Positions 21,626 to 29,932 of a stretch of 64,000 bases of DNA are shown in pieces. The translations under genes were made by a program, and so were the position numbers. Below the pieces are notes generated by a model. The model made no database searches, was not told where the DNA came from, and saw nothing but the letters and a program-made list of their open reading frames with translations. This stretch comes from an uncultured Chloroflexia bacterium (lineage in GTDB: Bacteria > Chloroflexota > Dehalococcoidia > GIF9 > UBA5629). Each line of letters opens with the position of its first letter. Positions within the stretch are counted from its first letter, which is position 1. The stretch lies in NCBI GenBank assembly GCA_963705905.1, contig OY970123.1:839921-903920 (forward strand). The letters run 5' to 3'.

Positions 21626-22973
21626 TGTTCAAGCTACCAGATAGATAGTAATAGCCTAATCCAAAACCAGTTTTCTGTATCTCTTTAGTTAGGGCTGCGG
21701 CATTAGAAACGCGTTTAGCTGTCGTTTTTCCATTAGCACAAGAGATAACGATGATTTCCTTTGGTACCGCATTATTTAGTAAGGTCTCACTATGCGTGGA
21801 CATAAGGATGAATCTATCTTTTTTCATGTGCTCCCGCATAATCAATATTATTTCAGATAGCATATGTGGATGAAGATAATTCTCGGGTTCCTCAATAGCG
21901 AACATATTTTGATTTGTTAAAATGATTGTTATCAATGCTATCCATTTCACTGTACCATCCGACATGGAAGAAAGAGGGAGTATAGTGGGCTTACCGGTAC
22001 CTTTTAGAGTAACTCGAACCTGCAATTGCTGGTCAAATGGATTGTTCGAAACAACGATATTAGATATCCATTCGTTTGCAAGCTGCGTGTATCGCAAAAT
22101 ATTTGCTGTAGAAGCATCACTTCTGGGGATTGCATGCCGATAGGTTGGCAGATACCTATAGGTTGGCAGATAATCGTACTTTTGCCGGTTGACGCCCTCG
22201 TATTTTTGTATCGCGTACAATGTCGAATATAAACCAGAGCCATCTTTACTGACACCTGCTTTTTTAGCACTATCATCTGGCATCTTTGCTTTAGATGGTT
22301 CAATGTTATAGACTTCACCACCTCTGATGTCATTATTAATGGGATAATAGAAGTCACGAATAATCATACTCAAGACAGTAATGACGCTTTGGTCTGGATC
22401 CAGGTTGTCGAGATATTGTATTATCCTTCTTTTAATATCCGCTTTACCATATTTACGTCTCGCATCATAAGGATTATTTAATTCCTTTATTTTTTCGTTG
22501 ATAGCGGAGATTGTAGGCTTGGATTTTGAATTATCATCTACATTTAACGCAATTGCTAAATCGTAATCGCTACTTCGTATCTTGTTTATAGAGTCGACTG
22601 CTCTTAGTTTTAACGATAACTTTTGTTCCGAATAAATTATTGGCTCTCCAGATACGCGTAAAAGTATTCTGAACGAATATTGATAGTATAAATACTTTCT
22701 AGCCTCAAGTTTCACCGTGCCAGTTATCGTTGCACTGATGTTATCCTGATATTCTTTTTCTCCTATTTTCCGAAATATAGTACCTGCACCTCCAGATTTA
22801 CTGATGGCATCTGAAATATGCATATACTGGAGATAACCGAGGAATTCGAAAAAAGAAATAATATTTGTCTTGCCTGATCCATTGGGTCCAACAAGGATAT
22901 TTAGACCCGATTTCAGATCCATTTCGAATTTATGAAGAGTCTTGAAACCGTTTACTTTAATATGTTTAATCAT
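21618..22973 (-). CDS. split ABC-type ATPase (AAA_21/AAA_15 family; OLD/AbiLi/AriA-like)
   Basis: Walker A GPNGSGKT near the N-terminus, long insert, then IEEPENYLHPHM and H-loop LMSTHSE at the C-terminus; 451 aa. Confidence 0.8.
   Translation of the reverse strand: MIKHIKVNGFKTLHKFEMDLKSGLNILVGPNGSGKTNIISFFEFLGYLQYMHISDAISKSGGAGTIFRKIGEKEYQDNISATITGTVKLEARKYLYYQYSFRILLRVSGEPIIYSEQKLSLKLRAVDSINKIRSSDYDLAIALNVDDNSKSKPTISAINEKIKELNNPYDARRKYGKADIKRRIIQYLDNLDPDQSVITVLSMIIRDFYYPINNDIRGGEVYNIEPSKAKMPDDSAKKAGVSKDGSGLYSTLYAIQKYEGVNRQKYDYLPTYRYLPTYRHAIPRSDASTANILRYTQLANEWISNIVVSNNPFDQQLQVRVTLKGTGKPTILPLSSMSDGTVKWIALITIILTNQNMFAIEEPENYLHPHMLSEIILIMREHMKKDRFILMSTHSETLLNNAVPKEIIVISCANGKTTAKRVSNAAALTKEIQKTGFGLGYYYLSGSLNNE
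22139..22174 (-). repeat. in-frame 18-bp tandem duplication inside the ATPase gene
   Basis: tatctgccaacctatagg / tatctgccaacctatcgg encodes YLPTYR YLPTYR. Confidence 0.6.
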
Positions 22974-23340
22974 TTAAAATTCCCGAAGAACCTATATTCG
23001 TGTGCATAATTACCATAATATTCGATATTATATCACTGTGTCATTGCGGATTACAGTGTATATTTTATCATTTGTAGTCATAGATTCGAATCAGGTTTAA
23101 CCTTACTAAGCTGCTCAAGCACTACTAATATCCTTATAGAAACCTGATTCCTTCAAGGCTAAGGCAATATTAAGGGTAAGAAGCCGGGGCATGACTGGGC
23201 AGTCCTTAGCTTAGATTATGAAAGGAAAAGGAAGCCAAAGAAGACTATAAAATAGTTAAGCAAATAATTACGATGGGGATGAAGCTAAAGTGTTAAGCAA
23301 ATCAGGAAAACTCAGCAATCAACGCAATCGTGGATTGAAG

Positions 23341-23416
23341 TGGTGCCCCCAAGGGAATTCGAATCCCTGTGTCCAGCTTGAAAGGCTGGTGTCCTAGGCC
23401 TCTAGACGATGGGGGC
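23341..23416 (-). tRNA. tRNA-Glu (anticodon TTC)
   Basis: Reverse complement GCCCCCATCGTCTAGAGGCCTAGGACACCAGCCTTTCAAGCTGGACACAGGGATTCGAATTCCCTTGGGGGCACCA; anticodon loop CTTTCAA, acceptor GCCCCCA/TGGGGGC, encoded CCA. Confidence 0.9.
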
Positions 23417-23422
23417 ATTGAA

Positions 23423-24436
23423 TTAAGGATAGATGGGCAGGGCTTCAAGGCCCGCCGTCTCGGGAAAACCAAACATTATATTCATATTTTGAATAGCTTG
23501 TCCAGCCGCGCCCTTGACCAGGTTATCGATACAGCTTATAACTACCACGCGGCCTGTCTTCTGGTGCATAGCAGGGTATATCAGGCACAGGTTGCTGCCC
23601 CATGTCTGCTTTGTTTCAGGGGGCTGCTGCACCATGCGGGTGAAAGGCTCCTTGCGGTAGTAGTCGGCGAAGACCTTATCCAGCTCTTCTTTCCCGCCGC
23701 TGAGCTTCCCCATTTTGGCCCTGGCATAACACGTGCTCAAAATCCCGCGCGTCATGGGAACAGTGTGCGGAACGAAGGTCACCGATACGCTGCCCGAAGG
23801 GAAGAGGTTATCCAGCTCCTGTAGCATTTCCGGCTGATGCCTGTGGCCGCTCAAACTATAGGCACGCACGTTATCGCTGGCTTCGGAGAAATGCGTGGGC
23901 AGGGTCAGCGTCCGTCCCGAGCCTGAGATGCCCGACTTGCTATCGACAATCAAATCCGGCTCCACAAGGTCGAGAGCGACCAGGGGAGCGAGGGCAAGTA
24001 TGGCCGAGGTCGGATAACAGCCGGGATTGGCCACCAGGCTAGCTCCCGCTATCTTGCTGCGGTGCAATTCGGGAAGACCGTAGACAGCGGACTGCAGCAG
24101 CTCGGGCGCCGGATGAGTGAATTCATACCATTCGGGATAGCGGGCAGGGTCCTTCAGACGGAAATCGGCGCTAATATCTACTACGCGGATACCTTTCTTT
24201 AGCAGGGGCATCACCACTTCGGCGCTGGCCTTATGAGTCATGGCCGAGAAGGCCACATCCACCTTGCCCTCCATTTCCGCGGTTATAGTAAGCCCTGTGC
24301 ATTCCAGGTGGGGGAAAACCTCGCCCAGTTTTTGCCGGCGGCGCTGCGGCCTGTGACCGATACCAGCTCCACCTGAGGGTGCTGCCACAATATACGCGCC
24401 AGCTCCACGCCTGCGTATCCCGTCACATTAATAATG
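23423..24436 (-). CDS. argC: N-acetyl-gamma-glutamyl-phosphate reductase, apparent frameshift in an A5/T5 run near 24330
   Basis: GCYPTSAILALAPL active-site motif in the main ORF. The true N-terminus MNKIKAGIINVTGYAGVELAR...TGRSAAGK is upstream in another frame; one missing A in aaaaa restores KKLGEVFPHL. Confidence 0.8.
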
Positions 24437-24480
24437 CCAGCTTTTATTTTATTCATAGCCTTTTCCCACCGCCTTAGACT

Positions 24481-25077
24481 CTATATTAATCCATCAAGGT
24501 GGCATGTGTCATTAATAATCAGAGCCGAAGGCATGCCTCCCCTTATCTCGAAAAGATTGATAGCCCCGGGGTCCTGAGCAATCTGCCGGTAATGCTTCTT
24601 TTGCATATTCAAAAAATGCAATATCATGATGACCGAAAGCGCCCTGTGCGAAACGACGGCCACGGTCTCCTTTCTATGGCCTGCGGCCAGGCTATCCAGG
24701 ACCGCCGCTACCTTCTGCTGCAGATTGTCCATATTTTCGAAGGGTAACCTGTAATCAGCGCGGGTTCGGGAACAGTCATCCATGTCCGCAGCTTCTTCGG
24801 GCTTGAGCCCCTTCCAGCGGTCCAGGCCTGCCCCCTCCAGTCCGGGCATATTTACGGTTTTCAGCCCCAGGCTAGCGGCAATGATGTCAGACGTCTCCAA
24901 AGCACCGGGCACCGGGCAGGCGTATACGGCAATTACCTGGTAGTCGGCCAACCTTTTAGCGGCAGCCTCCGCCCACCGGCTTGCGGGGGCCTCCAGGTCT
25001 TTGCTTCCCGCCGAAGGATACAGACCGTGTCTTTCGAACTCGGTCGGACCAGTATTGACTATAAGTATCCTGCCCAC
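24481..25077 (-). CDS. histidine phosphatase family protein (phosphoglycerate-mutase-like)
   Basis: RHG catalytic motif (TEFERHGLYPSAG), second His region VVSHRAL. N-terminal boundary uncertain; the ORF as called overlaps the thiolase 3-prime end. Confidence 0.5.
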   Translation of the reverse strand: MGRILIVNTGPTEFERHGLYPSAGSKDLEAPASRWAEAAAKRLADYQVIAVYACPVPGALETSDIIAASLGLKTVNMPGLEGAGLDRWKGLKPEEAADMDDCSRTRADYRLPFENMDNLQQKVAAVLDSLAAGHRKETVAVVSHRALSVIMILHFLNMQKKHYRQIAQDPGAINLFEIRGGMPSALIINDTCHLDGLI

Positions 25078-25100
25078 TCTACAGTTACCGCCTAACGGTT

Positions 25101-26389
25101 CTAGCGCTCCACTACCATGGCAATGCCCATGCCGCCGCCGATGCACATGGTCGCCAGGCCGTGTTTAAGGTTGCGGCGCTCCATCTCATGCACCAGCGTT
25201 ACCAGCACACGCGCGCCGGTGGCGCCGATGGGGTGCCCCAGTGAAATGCCGCTGCCGTGTACGTTGGTCTTATCCAGGTCAAAACCCAGCTCTTTAACAC
25301 ATCCAAGGGCCTGTGATGCAAAAGCCTCGTTGAGTTCGACGACGTCGAGGTCTTTGACCGACAATTTGGCCTTCTCCAGGGCCTTTTGACAGCCGGGACA
25401 ACGCCCAGTCCCATGTAGGCAGGGTCCACGCCGCCGGACGCATACGACTTGATCTTTGCCATGGGCTTCAAGCCCATCTCAGCGGCTTTTTTAGCCGACA
25501 TCAATAATACCGCGCCTGCGCCATCGTTGATGCCGGATGCATTGCCGGCCGTTACGGTCCCGTCTTTCTTGAAAGCCGGCGCCAGCCTGGCCATCTTCTC
25601 CAGCGTGGTCTCCATCGGCCGTTCATCCGTATCGAAAACGACCGGGTCACCTTTCTTTTGCGGCGAGACCACCGGGACGATCTCCTGTTTGAAGGTGCCG
25701 TCTTTACAGGCAGCCAAGGCCCGCTGGTGGCTCATCAGTCCCAGCTTGTCCTGCTCTTCACGCGTGATGCCATATTTGGCAGCGATATTTTCAGCCGTCA
25801 CGCCCATGTGATAGCCGTAGTAAAGTTCCCATAGCCCGTCATAGACCATCAGGTCGAAAACTTCACCTTTGCCCGTCAGGTCCATGCGGTAGCCCCACCT
25901 GGCACGCGTCATGGCATAGGGAGCGTTGCTCATGCTCTCCATACCGCCTGCGACCACGACCTCGGCGTCGCCCAGTAAAATGCTCTGAACCCCGGTAACT
26001 ATCGCTTTGAGTCCGGAGCCGCAAATCTTGTTGACCGTGAAGCCGGGCGTTTCCTTGGGCAGCCCGGCATAGATCATGGCCTGCCTGCCCGGGTTCTGTC
26101 CCTGTGCTGCCTGCAGCACGTTGCCCATGATAACCTCGTCCACCTGGACCTCTTTAAGGTTATCCGGCCAATCATAGTATTTCTGCTCAAGCTCGCAGAG
26201 CCCACCGCCCGCCAGCGCTTTCGGGCCATATTCGGCCAGCCTGGCTCCCGTTTTAGGCCTTAAGCCAGCCCTTTTCAACACATCTTTGATAACGATTGAG
26301 CCCAGTTTGGTGGCAACGACATCCTTAAGCCCGCCGCCGAACGTACCGATAGCGGTCCTTACTCCGTTTACTATGACAACTTCGGACAT
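25101..26389 (-). CDS. acetyl-CoA C-acetyltransferase (thiolase), apparent frameshift in an A4 run near 25395
   Basis: N-terminal 396-aa ORF has catalytic Cys (NKICGSG). The C-terminal part with [15 protein letters not shown] and CIGGGMG is in ORF 25101-25364 in another frame. Confidence 0.85.
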
Positions 26390-26416
26390 TTAACCCTCCT
26401 TAGTGGAATAAATATT

Positions 26417-27190
26417 TCATTTAGCGATCAGCCGCCCGGCGATTTCGGGCGCCATCTCATGCACAAATTCAGTATTATATTCGCTGCGGACGAAGCGGAG
26501 CGGCGTAATCGATACCCGTTTATGCTCCAGCGCCCACAAATCGGTGCCGCTGGCCGGGGTATCCGTGCTGCGGTGCAATATCCAGTAGAATGTATGCTTG
26601 CCGTCAAATCCCTTTTCCACGCCTGCGGAATACTTCTTCTCGCCCAGACGCGTAACGTCTATACCTCGTATCTGCTTTAAAGGCAGGCTGGGCACATTCA
26701 CGTTCAAAAGCATCTTGCCCTTCATTTTCTTCCGTTTAATGTACCCGGCAACCTCCTTTGCAATCAGGGCCGCAGATTCAAACATGGGGTCCTCGAAAGA
26801 GTTCATCGAAACGGCTATGGACGGTATGTCATAAAAGAAGCCCTGCAATGCTGCGCCAACCGTACCTGAGAGAAATACGTCGTAGCTGCAATTGGGTCCC
26901 TGGTTTATGCCCGAGACCAACAGGTCGATGCCGCCGGGCATAATGACTTTCATGGCCATCAGGACGCAATCGGCGGGCGTGCCTTCCACCGAATATGTAT
27001 CGATACCGGCTATTTTCTCGTGTATCTTGGCCAGGCGCACCGGGTTATGCAGGCTCATCGAGGTGCCTACCCCGCTCTGCTCACGGTCGGGAGCGACAAC
27101 GGTAACTTTGCCCACCTCTTTCAGTTCTGAGACCAGAGACCATAAGCCATCGGCATTGATGCCGTCGTCATTGGTAACTAATATCTTCAA
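26417..27190 (-). CDS. surE: 5-prime/3-prime-nucleotidase SurE
   Basis: MKILVTNDDGINADGL N-terminus is diagnostic; 257 aa. Confidence 0.9.
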   Translation of the reverse strand: MKILVTNDDGINADGLWSLVSELKEVGKVTVVAPDREQSGVGTSMSLHNPVRLAKIHEKIAGIDTYSVEGTPADCVLMAMKVIMPGGIDLLVSGINQGPNCSYDVFLSGTVGAALQGFFYDIPSIAVSMNSFEDPMFESAALIAKEVAGYIKRKKMKGKMLLNVNVPSLPLKQIRGIDVTRLGEKKYSAGVEKGFDGKHTFYWILHRSTDTPASGTDLWALEHKRVSITPLRFVRSEYNTEFVHEMAPEIAGRLIAK

Positions 27191-27395
27191 TAAAAACTCC
27201 GTCGGGGAAACCGCATAATTTTAACATAGAGGGGCATACGTTATAAATTGGCCGGCGCGATATGATTGAGGATGAGTAAGCCTGTAGCGGACCTGGAACC
27301 GGACCCCAAGTTCGAAGAAAGCAAAGCACATACTATATTGCGATTTCAATTGGATACCGTCCTGTGGTACAGTAAGTTGTTAAAGGAGGCGTGGA

Positions 27396-29762
27396 ATGCT
27401 TAAAAGCGGGACGACGGCGGTGGGGCAGCCGGACTCAGCAAGGTTCGCCCGCATAAAGAAAGAGCTGCTCTCCGCCGGCGTTTATCTCTGCCCCGAGCGG
27501 GCCTGCCTGGTAACCGACTTCTTCAGGCGGCATGACGACCCGCGCAAACCGGTGACCGTGCGCAGGGCCGAAGCCCTCAGCTACATCCTGAGCAACAAGT
27601 CGGTGCGCATTTACCCCGACGAGCTTATTGCAGGCAATATCGGCAGCCGCCGCATATCGGCGCTGGTCCAGCCGGAGTTGGCCGGCGTCTTCATGGGCAC
27701 AGAGCTGCTAAGCATAGACCGCCGCAAGACGACACCGCTCCAGTGCTCCTGGCGGGACCGATTGAAGCTGCTGTTGGACGTATTCCCCTACTGGCTCACG
27801 CGCAATATGGCTTTCAGGGCCTTCATGCCGGACATCGGCCGGTTGCTGCGCTACGTGACCGACCAGCTCGACGCCCGTTATTACCTGATAAATGAGGCCG
27901 GCGGCATAGGGCATTTTCTCCCCAACTATGAGAGGATGCTCAATCTCGGTGTCAAAGGATATCTTGACCTTTTCTCTGATAAGGTTGGCCCGGTCTATGA
28001 TGCCGCCCGCATCGCCTGCGAGGGCGTGGTGCGCTATGCAGCAAGGCTGGCGGACGAGGCGGAGCGCCTGGCCGGTGAAGAGAAAGACCCTCACAGGTAC
28101 CTGGAACTCAAGGAGATCGCTCGTATATGTTGTAAGGTGCCTCAGGAACCCGCCCGTACCTTCCACGAGGCGCTGCAGTCCTTGTGGCTGACACATATGG
28201 CGGTCTGCCTGGAAAGCTTGAATTCGGCCATTTCTTTCGGCAGGATCGACCAGTATTTGTATCCTTTCTATGAGCGTGACCTCGCAGAAGGCATACTTAC
28301 ACGGGAAGGGGCGCTTGAACTGCTGCTGTGCTTCACGGCCAAGTGTGCCGAGCACGTATTCCTCATGTCCGAGAATCTGAGCCAGTATCACGGGGGCTAC
28401 CTGGTTGTACAGGCGGCAGTCGTCGGCGGCATGGACCGCGACGGCAACGATGCAGTCAACGACCTGTCATATCTCTTCCTGGACGTTATGGAGCAGGCCG
28501 GGCTGCGGGACCCTAATTACCAGGCACGCCTGCATCGAGGTTCGCCCGAGCCGTTCCTGAGGCGCGCCTGCGATGTGGTCAAGAAGGGCCATGGAGTTCC
28601 CGCCCTGTTCGGTGACGAGGCATGCGTGAAGTCACTGATTGCGCATGGCTACCCGGAGGAAGAGGCTCGCAACTACGGAGTGGTCGGCTGCGTGGAGCTG
28701 GCCCTGCCGGGAAAGAGCTTCTTCTCAACAGATGCGGGGCTGTTCAATCTGCCCATGTGCCTCGAGCTGGTATTAAACAGGGGCCGGAGGATGAAGGGAG
28801 GGCGCCGCGTCGGCGCGGATACGCCCGACCCGGAATGCTTCGAGAATATCGGGCAAGTGATCGAGGCTTTCAGAACGCAGGTCGGTTTTATGCTGGATCT
28901 CATGATCGAGAATTTGCAGGTTATGGAAAAGGGCAATGCGCTGTACCACCCCACTCCATTTTCCTCAATGCTGGTGGACGGTTGTCTGGAAACAGGCAGG
29001 GACGTCAGCGATGGTGGAGCGCTATACAACTCCAGCGGCATACAGGGTGTGGGCGTGGCAGACGTAGCCGACTCCCTGTCAGCTCTTGAGACGGTGGTCT
29101 TTGTGCAGCACCGGTACTCAATGTCCCAGGTCTTGAAGGCACTCAAAAACAATTTCGACGGATACGCTGTCATGCGCGCCGAACTGAATCGTGCACCCAA
29201 GTACGGCAACAATGAGCCTCTGCCGGATGGTCACGCCGGCATCGTGGCAGGCATTTTTCATGCCGCTCTGGCCGGACACCGCAATACCAGGGGCGGCCCC
29301 TATGTGCCGGGCTACTACACCGTCACCTGCCATATAGCCTTCGGCAGGCATACTGCGGCACTGCCCAGCGGCAGGTGGGCGGGCGACCCCTTTGCTCCCG
29401 GCCTGGGTCCATGCAACGGGTGCGACCACCTCGGCCCCACGGCAGTGATGAACTCTACGGCAAGTGTGGACGCCAGCTTATCGCCCAACGGTTACGCCCT
29501 GAACCTGCGTTTCGATCCGGCGACCGTGGCCGGGGAGCGTGGCACCGACATGCTCATGGCACTGACTCAGGGTTTCTTCGAATCGGGCGGGATGGAGGTG
29601 CAGTTTAACGTGCTGGATCCACAGATGCTTGAGGACGCCCGGCGGCATCCCGGGAAGTACCCGGGCCTTGTCGTGAGGGTGTCCGGCTACTGCGCCTACT
29701 TCGATGATTTGCCGGATGCAGCCAAGGGCGAGATCATCGCACGTACACGCTTCACGCCGTAG
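27396..29762 (+). CDS. glycyl radical enzyme (PFL2/glycerol-dehydratase-like clade)
   Basis: 788 aa; C-terminal glycyl radical motif RVSGYCAYF, single-Cys thiyl loop VGCVE; aaaggagg RBS. Confidence 0.85.
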   Translation: MLKSGTTAVGQPDSARFARIKKELLSAGVYLCPERACLVTDFFRRHDDPRKPVTVRRAEALSYILSNKSVRIYPDELIAGNIGSRRISALVQPELAGVFMGTELLSIDRRKTTPLQCSWRDRLKLLLDVFPYWLTRNMAFRAFMPDIGRLLRYVTDQLDARYYLINEAGGIGHFLPNYERMLNLGVKGYLDLFSDKVGPVYDAARIACEGVVRYAARLADEAERLAGEEKDPHRYLELKEIARICCKVPQEPARTFHEALQSLWLTHMAVCLESLNSAISFGRIDQYLYPFYERDLAEGILTREGALELLLCFTAKCAEHVFLMSENLSQYHGGYLVVQAAVVGGMDRDGNDAVNDLSYLFLDVMEQAGLRDPNYQARLHRGSPEPFLRRACDVVKKGHGVPALFGDEACVKSLIAHGYPEEEARNYGVVGCVELALPGKSFFSTDAGLFNLPMCLELVLNRGRRMKGGRRVGADTPDPECFENIGQVIEAFRTQVGFMLDLMIENLQVMEKGNALYHPTPFSSMLVDGCLETGRDVSDGGALYNSSGIQGVGVADVADSLSALETVVFVQHRYSMSQVLKALKNNFDGYAVMRAELNRAPKYGNNEPLPDGHAGIVAGIFHAALAGHRNTRGGPYVPGYYTVTCHIAFGRHTAALPSGRWAGDPFAPGLGPCNGCDHLGPTAVMNSTASVDASLSPNGYALNLRFDPATVAGERGTDMLMALTQGFFESGGMEVQFNVLDPQMLEDARRHPGKYPGLVVRVSGYCAYFDDLPDAAKGEIIARTRFTP

Positions 29763-29816
29763 ATGACACCCCCCGCAACATATGTTTGCCATATCTTTTA
29801 TATTATATTTTAATGC

Positions 29817-29845
29817 TTGTCCCCTTCGATGCATGGTGATATAAT
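29817..29845 (+). promoter_or_regulatory. sigma70-type promoter candidate for hdrA
   Basis: -35 ttgtcc (29817-29822), 17-nt spacer, extended -10 tgatataat (tataat at 29840-29845); about 90 nt upstream of the hdrA start. Confidence 0.4.
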
Positions 29846-29932
29846 CATGCGGAAGTCTAAATACCTGAAATTGTTCTATCTTCGGGCTTCTACTGATAGC
29901 CAGTAATTAAAATCGGTCCTTCCAAGGAGGTC

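Noticed and set aside
23369-23824. 151-aa plus-strand ORF spanning tRNA-Glu and the argC 3-prime end
   Set aside because: Overlaps a tRNA gene and is antisense to argC; spurious
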